Source of the DNA: Solirubrobacterales bacterium
GTDB taxonomy: Bacteria > Actinomycetota > Thermoleophilia > Solirubrobacterales > 70-9
DNA length: 64,000 nucleotides
Direction of reading: 5' to 3'
Assembly (NCBI GenBank): GCA_035708105.1
Contig: DASSTG010000007.1
Coordinates: 31,838-95,837, forward strand
Shown here: positions 9,550 to 18,413 of the stretch, piece after piece
Position numbering within the stretch: position 1 is the stretch's first letter
How the letters are laid out: each line of letters opens with the position of its first letter
Notes under the pieces: model-generated
Seen by the model: the letters and a program-made list of their open reading frames with translations, nothing else
Told to the model about the DNA's origin: nothing
The model's database searches: none
Made by a program: the position numbers and the translations under genes

Positions 9550-9981
9550 GTGCAGCTTCCGGTCCTCAAGCTGAAAGAAAATGCAGTCCTGCCGTCGCGT
9601 GCGCATGGGGGGGATGCTGGGCTGGACCTCTACTCGTGCGAGGCGGCGCATGTCGGGCCGGGGGAGAGGTGGAGCGTCGGGACCGGAGTGGGGGTGGAGA
9701 TTCCCGAGGGGCACGCCGGGCTGGTCCTGCCGCGTTCGGGCCTGGCGCGCGACCACGGCATCGCCCTGGTCAATGCGCCGGGGCTGATCGACTCGGGCTA
9801 TCGCGGCGAACTGCGGGTGCTGCTGCTCAACACCGATCCGGCCGAGACCTTTCGGATCGAGCCCGGAGACCGGATCGCCCAGCTGCTGCTGACGCCGATC
9901 GTCACCTCGGAGCCGGTCGAGGCGGCGGCGCTGAGCGAGTCCAGCCGCGGCGAGGGCGGCTTCGGCTCCAGCGGCCGCTAG
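9550..9981 (+). CDS. dut: dUTP diphosphatase
   Basis: 143 aa. Motifs AGLDLYS, PRSGLA, GLIDSGYRGEL and C-terminal SRGEGGFGSSG. Confidence 0.93.
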   Translation: MQLPVLKLKENAVLPSRAHGGDAGLDLYSCEAAHVGPGERWSVGTGVGVEIPEGHAGLVLPRSGLARDHGIALVNAPGLIDSGYRGELRVLLLNTDPAETFRIEPGDRIAQLLLTPIVTSEPVEAAALSESSRGEGGFGSSGR

Positions 9982-9991
9982 TCGGGCTCTC

Positions 9992-10423
9992 CTAGAACTC
10001 GCTGTCGGCGAGACGGGCGAGGAGGACGACCGCCCGCTCGACCGTCGCCCGATCCTCGTCGGGCAGGTCTTCGATCGCCTTCACCAGCCAGCCCTCGCGG
10101 CGCTGCCGCGAGGCCCTCAGCAGCTCGCGCCCGCCGTCGGTGAGGGAGATCAGGGCGCGGCGGCGATCGGCTGGATCGGGGCTGCGGGCGACGTAGGCCT
10201 CGGCTTCGAGGTCGCTGACGGTCTGCGCCATTGACTGCGGCCGCATCCGTTCCTTGCCGGCGAGGTCGCTGATGCTCTGGGGCCCTTCGCGGTCGAGACG
10301 GCCGAGGACCGCCCCCTGGGCGAGGGAGAAGCCGTGCTCGGCCCGCAGGCGCCGCATCAGGCGACCGAGCACCACACGGAGCTCCCCGGCCAGCGGTGCA
10401 GCGTCGGCACTGGTCGCCTGCAT
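9992..10423 (-). CDS. MarR family transcriptional regulator
   Basis: Winged-helix MarR pattern (LSLAQGAVLGRLDREGPQSISDLAGKERMRPQSMAQTVSDLEAEAYVAR..DPADRRR). ATG at 10423 was chosen because the upstream ORF extension runs through the divergent MFS gene. Confidence 0.85.
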   Translation of the reverse strand: MQATSADAAPLAGELRVVLGRLMRRLRAEHGFSLAQGAVLGRLDREGPQSISDLAGKERMRPQSMAQTVSDLEAEAYVARSPDPADRRRALISLTDGGRELLRASRQRREGWLVKAIEDLPDEDRATVERAVVLLARLADSEF

Positions 10424-10442
10424 CCGCCGATGATACAGCGAA

Positions 10443-10472
10443 ACACAGGCAAACTGAACAGGTTGCCTGTGT
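10443..10472. promoter_or_regulatory. Candidate MarR operator: perfect 10-bp inverted repeat ACACAGGCAA-N10-TTGCCTGTGT between divergent marR and MFS genes
   Basis: Arms at 10443-10452 and 10463-10472. Flanked by TATTAT (10472-10477, 8 nt before the MFS ATG) and, on the other strand, TATCAT (10430-10435, 6 nt before the marR ATG). Confidence 0.5.
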
Positions 10473-10485
10473 ATTATCGCTGACG

Positions 10486-12204
10486 ATGGAAGACCGCTAC
10501 AAGTGGATCGCGCTCTCCAACACGACGCTGGCGATCCTCCTGGCGACGCTGGATGCATCGATCACGCTGATTGCGATGCCGGACATCTTCCGCGGCGTCC
10601 ACCTCGACCCCCTGGTACCCGGAAACAGCTCCTACCTGCTGTGGATGATCCTCGGCTACCTGGTCGTCTCCAGCGTCCTCATCGTCAGCCTCGGCCGCCT
10701 CGGCGACATCTACGGACGGGTGCGGATCTACAACCTCGGCTTCGTCATCTACACCGTCGCCTCGCTGCTGCTCGCGGTCGACTGGATGACCGGCCAGGAC
10801 GGCGCCCTCTACCTGGTCGTCTTCCGCATCGTCCAGGGGATCGGCGGCGCCTGCCTGCTCGCCAATGCGGCGGCGATCATCACCGACGCCTTCCCGCCCG
10901 AACAGCGGGGGATGGCGCTCGGGATCAACAACATCGTCGGCGTCAGCGGCATGTTCGTCGGCCTCGTCCTCGGCGGCCTGCTGGCGCCGATCGACTGGCG
11001 GCTCGTCTTCCTGGTCTCGGTCCCGGTCGGGCTGCTCGGAACCGTCTGGGCCTACCTGAAGCTGGAGGAGCGCAGCGAGCCGAAGGCGGCCCGAATCGAC
11101 TGGTGGGGAAACATCACCTTCGCCCTCGGGCTGGTCCTGGCGATGGTCGCCGTCACCTACGGCATCCGCCCCTACGGCAGCGCGGCGACGGGGTGGGGGA
11201 GCCCGCGGGTGCTGATCCTCATCGCCGGCTCGGTCGCCTCCCTGATCGCCTTCGGGCTGATCGAGCGCCGGGTCGCCGAGCCGATGTTCCGGCTGCCGCT
11301 GTTCCGGATCCGCGCCTTCACCTTCGGCACGCTCTCCACCTTCCTCGCCGCCGTCGCCCGCGGCGGGCTGATGTTCATGCTGATCATCTGGCTGCAGGGA
11401 ATCTGGCTGCCCCTGCACGGCTACGACTACACCGAGGCGCCGCTCTGGGCCGGCATCTACATGCTGCCGCTCACCGCCGGGATGCTCTTCGCCGGGCCGC
11501 TGTCGGGCTATCTCTCCGACCATCACGGCGCCCGGCCCTTCGCCACCGGCGGGATGATCGCCGCGGCGGCGAGCTTCGTCTTCCTCACCCTGCTGCCGAT
11601 CGATTTCAGCTACCCGGTCTTTGCCGCGGTCCTGCTCTTCAACGGGATCTCGATGGGCATGTTCGCCTCGCCGAACCGGGCGGCGGTGATGAACAGCCTG
11701 CCGCGCGGCGACCGCGGCGCCGGCGGCGGCATGAACCAGACCTTCCAGAACTCGGCCCAGGTGATGTCGGTTGGGATCTTCTTCACCCTGCTGGTGATCG
11801 GGCTCGCTTCGACGCTGCCGGCGACCCTCGCCCACGGCCTCGAAGCCCATGGAGTCGGCGCGGCGGCGGCGCAGAGAGCCGGGCGGACGCCGCCGATCTC
11901 GGTCCTCTTCGCCGCCTTCCTCGGCTACAACCCGATCCAGCACCTGGTCGGGCCCGAGGTTCTGCACTCGCTGCCGGCGCACGCCCAGGCGGCGCTGACC
12001 GGGCACGCCTTCTTCCCGCAGCTGATCTCGCAGCCGTTCAGCGACGGCCTCGACACCGCCTTCGCCTTCGCGATCGTCGCCTGCCTGGTCGCGGCGGGAG
12101 CCTCGTTCCTCCGCGGCGGCCGCTACCACGCCGAGGACGCCGAGCTGCAGCCGCAGCGCGCTCCGGCGCAGATCCCGCAGCTGGAGGGACAGCATGCGCG
12201 TTGA
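10486..12204 (+). CDS. MFS transporter, DHA2 (EmrB/QacA-like, 14-TMS) drug:H+ antiporter family
   Basis: About 14 hydrophobic segments. MFS motif A region GRLGDIYGRVR and motif C-like GIGGACLLANAAAI. Starts MEDRYKWIALSNTTLAILLATLDASI. Confidence 0.9.
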   Translation: MEDRYKWIALSNTTLAILLATLDASITLIAMPDIFRGVHLDPLVPGNSSYLLWMILGYLVVSSVLIVSLGRLGDIYGRVRIYNLGFVIYTVASLLLAVDWMTGQDGALYLVVFRIVQGIGGACLLANAAAIITDAFPPEQRGMALGINNIVGVSGMFVGLVLGGLLAPIDWRLVFLVSVPVGLLGTVWAYLKLEERSEPKAARIDWWGNITFALGLVLAMVAVTYGIRPYGSAATGWGSPRVLILIAGSVASLIAFGLIERRVAEPMFRLPLFRIRAFTFGTLSTFLAAVARGGLMFMLIIWLQGIWLPLHGYDYTEAPLWAGIYMLPLTAGMLFAGPLSGYLSDHHGARPFATGGMIAAAASFVFLTLLPIDFSYPVFAAVLLFNGISMGMFASPNRAAVMNSLPRGDRGAGGGMNQTFQNSAQVMSVGIFFTLLVIGLASTLPATLAHGLEAHGVGAAAAQRAGRTPPISVLFAAFLGYNPIQHLVGPEVLHSLPAHAQAALTGHAFFPQLISQPFSDGLDTAFAFAIVACLVAAGASFLRGGRYHAEDAELQPQRAPAQIPQLEGQHAR

Positions 12205-12862
12205 GTGGCATGGTCAGTCGGCCTTCACCTTGCAGGGCGAGGAGGGGACGGTGGTGATCGACCCCTTCGGCGACGTCTCGGCGCTGCGCGAGCGGGGGAT
12301 CCGGTGGGACTACCCGCCGATCGATGCCCCTTCGGCCGACCTCGTCCTCGTCACCCACGAGCACCTCGACCACAATGGCGTCGAGGCGGTGGGCGGAGAG
12401 CCGGCGGTCCTGCGTTCGCAGGCGGGGCGGCACGACTCGCCCCTGGGCGAGGTGGTCGGCATCGCCTCCGAGCACGACCAGGCGGCCGGGACGGAGCGCG
12501 GGCCGAACACGATCTTCGCCTTCACCCTCGGCGGCCTCCGGGTCGCCCACTTCGGCGATTTCGGCCAGGCCGGGCTGCGGCCCGAGCAGCGCCAGGCGCT
12601 CGGCGAGGCCGACCTGCTCTTCCTGCCGGTCGGCGGCGGTCCGACGATCGGCGCCGAGGCGGCGACGGCGATCGTCCGCGAGCTCGAGCCCGGCTGGGTC
12701 GTGCCGATGCACTACCGGACCGAGCGGATCGGCTTCCTCGAGAGCGCCGACGAGTTCCTCGCCGCGATGGGGGAGCCGCTGCGCCTCTCGGAGACGTCCT
12801 TCGAGACGGCAGAGCTGCCACAGGACAGGGGTCCGATCGCCGTAGTCCCGGCGGCACCCTGA
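12194..12862 (+). CDS. MBL-fold metal-dependent hydrolase (UPF0173-like)
   Basis: LVLVTHEHLDHNG motif. 222 aa. The start overlaps the MFS stop by 11 nt. Confidence 0.8.
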   Translation: MRVEWHGQSAFTLQGEEGTVVIDPFGDVSALRERGIRWDYPPIDAPSADLVLVTHEHLDHNGVEAVGGEPAVLRSQAGRHDSPLGEVVGIASEHDQAAGTERGPNTIFAFTLGGLRVAHFGDFGQAGLRPEQRQALGEADLLFLPVGGGPTIGAEAATAIVRELEPGWVVPMHYRTERIGFLESADEFLAAMGEPLRLSETSFETAELPQDRGPIAVVPAAP

Positions 12863-12874
12863 CTCGAACGGGGC

Positions 12875-13609
12875 TCAGGAGGCGGCGGCCTTGCGGGCCG
12901 ACTCGTGGGCGGCGGCCTCGAGCCCGTCGGGCAGCGGCTCGAGCTCGGGGCGGGTGCCGTAGCGGCGCTCGAGGGCGAGGGCGATCAGGTGGTCGGCGAG
13001 CCAGGCGTTCTTCGGCAGCAGCGGGCCGTGGAGGTAGGTGCCGATCACGTTGTCGCGCCTGACCCCCTCGTAGCCGTCGCGGTCGTTGTTGCCGCGACCA
13101 GAGACGACCCTGCCGAGCGGGGTGGCGCCGGCGCCGAGGTAGGTGCGGCCGCCGTGGTTCTCGAAGCCGGCGATCAGCCGCGGCCCGCTGCCGAGATCGG
13201 CCTCGATGGCGACGTTGCCGATCAGCCGCGGGCCCGGCTCGCGCACCGTCTCGAGGTCGGCGATCCCCAGCCCGGGCAGCGTCTCCTCGCCGAGCTGGTA
13301 GCTGTGGCCGAGCAGCTGGTAGCCGCCGCAGACCGCCAGCAGCACGGCGCCGTCGTCGGCTGCGGCGGCGATCGCCGCCCGCTTCGTCGCCACCATGTCG
13401 GCGGCGACCGCCTTCTGGTCGCGGTCCTGGCCGCCGCCGACGTAGAGGAGGTCGTGGGCGCTTGGATCGAACCCTTCGCCCGGGCCCACCCCGCTGTGGC
13501 GGAACCCGATCCCCCTCCACTCGCAGCGGCGCCGCAGGAAGATGATGTTGCCGCGGTCCGCGTAGATGTTCATCTGCTCGGGATAGAGGCTGAGGACGCG
13601 CAGCTCCAT
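12875..13609 (-). CDS. gatD: Lipid II isoglutaminyl synthase, glutamine-hydrolysing subunit (CobQ-like type 1 glutamine amidotransferase)
   Basis: 244 aa from MELRVLSLYPEQMNIYADRGN. Nucleophile elbow AVCGGYQLLG and TYLHGPLLPKN. The ATG shares one base with the TGA of the preceding methyltransferase. Confidence 0.88.
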   Translation of the reverse strand: MELRVLSLYPEQMNIYADRGNIIFLRRRCEWRGIGFRHSGVGPGEGFDPSAHDLLYVGGGQDRDQKAVAADMVATKRAAIAAAADDGAVLLAVCGGYQLLGHSYQLGEETLPGLGIADLETVREPGPRLIGNVAIEADLGSGPRLIAGFENHGGRTYLGAGATPLGRVVSGRGNNDRDGYEGVRRDNVIGTYLHGPLLPKNAWLADHLIALALERRYGTRPELEPLPDGLEAAAHESARKAAAS

Positions 13610-14331
13610 CAGGCGGTCCTTTCCAGGAGGACGGCGGTCGACCCCACGTGCAGCTCGGTCGGGGCGATCTCGCGCCGACCCGCGGGCGTCAGCCCGGCCG
13701 CGGCAGCCTCGGACTCCAGCGCGGCGGCGGCGAAGGTGAGGATTCGCACCTCGTTCGGTTCCTCCCTCAGCGCCCCCTCCGGCGAGACCGTTTGGCGCAG
13801 GCGACGGACGATGACTTCGCCCGGGCCGACCGCCGCCTCGACCGCGAGGCTCGAGTAGACCCAGCCGTCGACCTCGCGCACGTCGGGGAGGGGAGGGGGG
13901 GCGTCGTCGGCCGGTGGCATCTCCTCGAGGATCGCGGCGGCGAGCAGCCCGCCGGGCCGGAGGGTGGCGGCGATGCAGCGCAGGCACTCTGCCCGCTCCG
14001 CCGGTCCAGGCAGGAGCTGCAGCAGATGGGTGGGGGCGAGGACCAGGCCGACCTCGCCGGTCAGCTCGAACGCCCGCGCGTCCGCGTGCAGGACCTGCGC
14101 CGGCAGTCCGTCTGAGCGGGATTCGAGCGTGCCGAGCAGTTCGGCGTCGCGGTCGAGGCCGACCACCTCGTGGCCGCGCCGGGCCAGGTGCAGCACGACC
14201 CGGCCGGTGCCGCAGCCGAGCTCGAGGACCGGGCCGCCGCAGTGCTCGGCCAGCTCCTCCCAGAGCGGCAGGTCCGCGGCGTAGCTGCCGCACTCGACGT
14301 CGTGCCAGATCGTCGCCGCGCTCGCGCTCAT
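13609..14331 (-). CDS. Class I SAM-dependent methyltransferase (embedded between murT and gatD)
   Basis: SAM motif I VLELGCGTGR, acidic post-I VVGLDRD and RPGGLL. 240 aa. The ATG overlaps the murT stop (ATGA at 14328-14331). Confidence 0.8.
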   Translation of the reverse strand: MSASAATIWHDVECGSYAADLPLWEELAEHCGGPVLELGCGTGRVVLHLARRGHEVVGLDRDAELLGTLESRSDGLPAQVLHADARAFELTGEVGLVLAPTHLLQLLPGPAERAECLRCIAATLRPGGLLAAAILEEMPPADDAPPPLPDVREVDGWVYSSLAVEAAVGPGEVIVRRLRQTVSPEGALREEPNEVRILTFAAAALESEAAAAGLTPAGRREIAPTELHVGSTAVLLERTA

Positions 14332-15731
14332 CGCCAGAACTCCTTCGCCAGCCCCCGGTCGGCGAGCAGCTTGCGTAGCTCGAGCAGGGCGGTGTAGGTG
14401 GGGAGGGCGAAGAGGACATCCTGTGCTGCGGCGACCGCCGCGTCGAGCGAGGCGCCGACGTCAGGCACAATTTCGATCCTCTCCTCGGGCCAGCCGGCGT
14501 ACTTAAGCCGCAGCGCCATCTCCGGCGCCCGGGTCCCCGCGCAGACGACGCGCCGCACGCCCCCGGCGAGCAGCTCGAAGTCGGCGTCCCAGATCCAGGA
14601 GACGTCGCGGCCGTCGGCGATCCGGTCGTTGAGAGCGATCCAGAGGTCGATTCCGTCCTCACCACCGCGGCCCTCGAGCCGCAACGTCCGCAGCACCTCG
14701 TTGGCCCCTGCCGGGTTCTTGATCAGCAGGATCGAGACCAGGACCCCGCCGACCTCGATCGTCTCGACCCGGCCGAAGGCGGCGCGCATCTCGCCCAGGG
14801 CCGCGGCGATCCGCTCCGGCGCGACGCCGAGCCGCAGCCCCGCGGCTACCGCGGCGAGGGCGTTATAGACGTTGTAGAGGCCGGGGAGGGGCAGCTCCAG
14901 CGCCAGCTCGCCGTCCGGAGTCCGCACCGTCACCCGGGAGCCGTTCATCCCGCGCAGCTCGATCGCAGTCGCCGCCACCTCGGGCTGCGGTCGCCGCGCC
15001 CCGCAGTTGGGGCAGGCGTAGTGCCCGAGGTGGCCGACGAAGGCGCGCTCGTAGGCGTAGGGATGGCCGCAACGGCGGCAGTGCTTGGCGTCGAAGGCAT
15101 GCTGCAGCTCGGGCAGTGCCTGCGCGCCGTCCTCGATCCCGAAGTAGAGGACCCCCTCACGGCGCTCACCCTCGTTGTCGCGGCCGAGATCGGCGATCAG
15201 TGGGTCGTCGGCGTTGAGGACGAAGCCGCTGCGCCCGACCCGCCCGGCGACCGTCTGCGCCCAGTCCTCGGCCAGGGCCTCCATCTCGCCGTAGCGGTCG
15301 AGCTGGTCGCGGAAGAGGTTGCCGAGCACGATCAGCGAGGGGTCGAGCTGCTCGGCGACCCGCGGCAGCCAGGCCTCGTCGACCTCGAACAGGCCCTCCT
15401 CGCCCCGCTGCTCGAGCAGCGCCGTCGCCACCCCCCAGGTCATGTTCGAGCCGGCGCGATTGTGGACGGGGCGGCGGCCGTCGGCGGCGAGGATCGCGGC
15501 GATCATCCCGGCCGTCGTCGTCTTCCCGTTGGTGGCGCTGACGATCGTCGTGCCGCGCCCGAGCCGCTTCCCCAGCTCGGCGATCGCCTCCGGCGCCAGC
15601 CGCAGCAGCACCCGCCCCGGCAGCGTCGTGCCACCGCCGCGGCCGCTGCGGCGGCTGGCGGCGCCGATCGCCCGCGCAAGCGCGAGCTTGGCGCCGAAGA
15701 GCGAGCCCCGGGAGCGAGCGCCGGCGCTCAC
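14328..15731 (-). CDS. murT: Lipid II isoglutaminyl synthase, Mur-ligase-like subunit
   Basis: ATP site SATNGKTTT. Cys4 ribbon CRRCGHPYAY...YACPNCG. C-terminal DUF1727-type block DGRDVSWIWDADFE ... LPTYTALLELR. GTG at 15731 overlaps the dagK stop (GTGA). Confidence 0.9.
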   Translation of the reverse strand: MSAGARSRGSLFGAKLALARAIGAASRRSGRGGGTTLPGRVLLRLAPEAIAELGKRLGRGTTIVSATNGKTTTAGMIAAILAADGRRPVHNRAGSNMTWGVATALLEQRGEEGLFEVDEAWLPRVAEQLDPSLIVLGNLFRDQLDRYGEMEALAEDWAQTVAGRVGRSGFVLNADDPLIADLGRDNEGERREGVLYFGIEDGAQALPELQHAFDAKHCRRCGHPYAYERAFVGHLGHYACPNCGARRPQPEVAATAIELRGMNGSRVTVRTPDGELALELPLPGLYNVYNALAAVAAGLRLGVAPERIAAALGEMRAAFGRVETIEVGGVLVSILLIKNPAGANEVLRTLRLEGRGGEDGIDLWIALNDRIADGRDVSWIWDADFELLAGGVRRVVCAGTRAPEMALRLKYAGWPEERIEIVPDVGASLDAAVAAAQDVLFALPTYTALLELRKLLADRGLAKEFWR

Positions 15732-16633
15732 CGGGTCCGGCCCTCGGCATCCGCCGGCACGATGATCGAGAGGCAGCGCGGCAGCACCCGCAGCGAGACC
15801 GGCAGGTCGGTGAGGTGGTCGCCGTCGGCGTAGACGGGGAAGGGGCGGCTGGCGTCGAGCTCGAGCCGCGGCGCCCGGAAGACGTCGACCTCCTCCTTGC
15901 CGAGGTGGGTTCCCCTGAGGACGTCGCGGAGGCCGCGGAGGAAGCGCAGCTTGCCGACGTCGGCGATCGAGACGACGTCGAACTGGCCATCGTCGATCTC
16001 GGCGTCGGGGGCGATCCACATGCCGCCGCCGTAGACGCTGTTGTTGGCGACCGCGACGAAGTAGCCGCTGAGGCGCCTGCGCTGCTCGCCGGTTGCGATC
16101 GTGAACCGGGCCGAGCGCCAGCCGATCAGGGTGCGGATCATCGAGTAGGCGTAGACGGAGTTGCCGCGCAGCCAGTGCGTTTCGTTGGCGAGCCGGTTGC
16201 ATTCGGAGTCGAAGCCGACGCTGGCGATGCCGAGGAAGCGCTTGCCGTTGGCCTCGCCGACGTCGATCAGGCGGCTGCGGCCGGCGAGGATGGCTTCCAC
16301 CGCCGCCTCTGGTTCGGTCGGGATGCCCAGAGCCCGAGCCAGGTCGTTGCCGCGGCCGGCCGGGATCAGCCCCAGGGGCGCCTCGGCGCCTGCCATGGCG
16401 CCCCCGACCACCCCGAGCAGGCCGTCGCCGCTGACGACGACGGGCACCTCGCCCAGCTCGACCGCGTGCAGCGCCAGCTCGGCCCCATGGTCGAGGCTGC
16501 GCGTCCTCTCGACCCGGAAGACGGCACGGCGGGCGTCCAGGGCCGCCTCGATCCGCGGCAGCAGCCTCAGGCTCCTGCCCCCGGCCGAGGAGGGGTTGAC
16601 GAGCAGGGTCAGCGGCGTCCCGGCGAGCTCCAT
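15728..16633 (-). CDS. Diacylglycerol/lipid kinase (YegS/BmrU/Rv2252-like)
   Basis: DAGK catalytic domain pattern: LLVNPSSAGG, VVVSGDGLLG, PAGRGNDLARALG. Confidence 0.85.
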   Translation of the reverse strand: MELAGTPLTLLVNPSSAGGRSLRLLPRIEAALDARRAVFRVERTRSLDHGAELALHAVELGEVPVVVSGDGLLGVVGGAMAGAEAPLGLIPAGRGNDLARALGIPTEPEAAVEAILAGRSRLIDVGEANGKRFLGIASVGFDSECNRLANETHWLRGNSVYAYSMIRTLIGWRSARFTIATGEQRRRLSGYFVAVANNSVYGGGMWIAPDAEIDDGQFDVVSIADVGKLRFLRGLRDVLRGTHLGKEEVDVFRAPRLELDASRPFPVYADGDHLTDLPVSLRVLPRCLSIIVPADAEGRTR

Positions 16634-16643
16634 CGCGCCCAGC

Positions 16644-17153
16644 CTAGAGGGCGGGGCGCGGAGGGCCGCCGCCCCGCAGCCGGGCGACGAAGAAGCTGCC
16701 GTCTCCAGCCGGTTCCGACCAGATCGGCTCGAAGCCGAAGCGCGCCAGGCGGCGGCTCAGCAGCGCTCCGCGGAAGCCGGAGAGAACTTCTTCCGAGCGG
16801 GTCGAGGCAAGGGCCACGAAGCCCCCCGGGCGCAGGACCCGGGCCGCCTCCTTCGGCCGGGGCCGGGCGTCGAGCGCCGCCAGCAGGTCGAACTGGTCGT
16901 CCGGGAAGGGGAGGGAGCGCGGGCTGCCCTGCTTGAAGGCGACCCGACCCTCGGGGTCGAGGCCGACCCGGGCAGCGGCGGCGTGGACCGCCTCCCCGGA
17001 GCGGTCGATCCCCCTGATCCGGGCGCTGGGGAACTCACGGGCGAGGAACAGCACCCCGTCGCCCTCGCCGCAGTCGATCTGCAGGATCCGCTCCGGGTCG
17101 CCGACGTGCAGGACGGCGGCGGCGAGCGGGGTCAGAAGCGGGGCGGAGGGCAC
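16644..17153 (-). CDS. Class I SAM-dependent methyltransferase
   Basis: Motif I ILQIDCGEGDG, GIDRS and LRPGGFV. 169 aa. Lies 10 nt upstream of dagK on the same strand. Confidence 0.75.
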   Translation of the reverse strand: MPSAPLLTPLAAAVLHVGDPERILQIDCGEGDGVLFLAREFPSARIRGIDRSGEAVHAAAARVGLDPEGRVAFKQGSPRSLPFPDDQFDLLAALDARPRPKEAARVLRPGGFVALASTRSEEVLSGFRGALLSRRLARFGFEPIWSEPAGDGSFFVARLRGGGPPRPAL

Positions 17154-17186
17154 GTCTCGATCCTAGGTCCAATAGGGTTCCGCGTC

Positions 17187-17879
17187 GTGGAGCAGCAGGG
17201 ACCGGACCGCCGCTGGATCGTGCTCGCCGTTTTCGCGGTGATCGCTGTCGGCGTCGTCGCCGCGGTGCTGATCTCGCGCAGGGGCGGCTCCGACGAATCG
17301 AGCTCGGCCTCGGCAACCGAAGCCGGGGCCGGCGGTTGTAGAAAGGTCGAAGCGCCCGCGCCGAAGAACGTCAGCTTCAAGGCGCCGAAGCAGGTCCTGA
17401 AGTCAGGCGAAGAAGCGACCGCGGTGGTCAAGACCAGCTGCGGCACCTTCGACATCGCCCTCGACACCAAGCGGGCGCCGAAGACCGCCAACTCGTTCGC
17501 CTTCCTCGCCGAAGAAGGCTTCTACGACGAACTCACCTTCCACCGGGTCGCGCCCGGCTTCGTGATCCAGGGCGGCGACCCGAAAGGCGATGGCACCGGC
17601 GGTCCCGGCTACACGGTCACCGAGAAGCCGCCGGCGAACCTCGCCTACACCAAAGGCACGGTGGCGATGGCGAAGAGCTCCGCCGACCCGCCCGGCCGCT
17701 CGGGCAGCCAGTTCTTCGTCGTCACCGCCGCCGACGCCGGCCTGCCGCCGGAATACGCCTTGCTCGGCAAGGTCAGCAAGGGCTACGCCACCGTGGCGAG
17801 GATCGAAAAGCTCGGCACGCCGGAAGAAAAACCGAAACAGACCGTCCTGATCGAAGAAGTCACGGTCGAACGCGGGTAG
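17187..17879 (+). CDS. Peptidyl-prolyl cis-trans isomerase, cyclophilin type, membrane-anchored
   Basis: GTG at 17187. One N-terminal TM helix (WIVLAVFAVIAVGVVAAVLI), then the cyclophilin core FHRVAPGFVIQGGDP.GDGTGGPGY ... GTVAMAKS ... SQFFV. Confidence 0.92.
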   Translation: MEQQGPDRRWIVLAVFAVIAVGVVAAVLISRRGGSDESSSASATEAGAGGCRKVEAPAPKNVSFKAPKQVLKSGEEATAVVKTSCGTFDIALDTKRAPKTANSFAFLAEEGFYDELTFHRVAPGFVIQGGDPKGDGTGGPGYTVTEKPPANLAYTKGTVAMAKSSADPPGRSGSQFFVVTAADAGLPPEYALLGKVSKGYATVARIEKLGTPEEKPKQTVLIEEVTVERG

Positions 17880-17912
17880 CCCCGGTCGCGGCGCTGCCGC
17901 TAATCTGGCCGG

Positions 17913-18413
17913 GTGGCCAAGGTAGAGGTCGGCGACAAAGCCCCGGATTTCGAGCTGCCCGGCACGGAGGGCAGGACCTACCGCCTCGCCGACTACCGCG
18001 GCCGCAACCTGATCCTCGCCTTTTACCCGGGCGATGCCACCACCGTGTGCACCAAGCAGTTCTGCTCCTACCGCGACAACGGCGACCAACTCGAGGCCCT
18101 CGACGCCGAGGTGCTGGGGATCTCGCCCCAGTCGGTCGACTCGCACGAGCACTGGGTCAAAGAGCAGGAACTGAACGTTCCGCTGCTCGCCGACGAGGAC
18201 CTGGCCGTTGCGAGGCGCTACGGCGTGACCGGCTGGATCGGCCCGCTGGCGCGGATCGCCGGCCTGCCCGACGCGCCCGGGGGGCGCTACGTCCAGCGGG
18301 CGATCTTCCTGATCGACGGCGAGGGGATCGTCCGGCACAAGGCCGTCTCCCGGACCGGCAGCAGCTACGAGTCGGTCGAGGACCTCGAGCGAGCGGTCGC
18401 CGTGATCGCCTGA
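17913..18413 (+). CDS. bcp: Thioredoxin-dependent thiol peroxidase (Bcp-type peroxiredoxin)
   Basis: APDFELP ... [19 protein letters not shown], with peroxidatic and resolving Cys 5 residues apart. GTG start 6 nt after TAATCT. Confidence 0.9.
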   Translation: MAKVEVGDKAPDFELPGTEGRTYRLADYRGRNLILAFYPGDATTVCTKQFCSYRDNGDQLEALDAEVLGISPQSVDSHEHWVKEQELNVPLLADEDLAVARRYGVTGWIGPLARIAGLPDAPGGRYVQRAIFLIDGEGIVRHKAVSRTGSSYESVEDLERAVAVIA

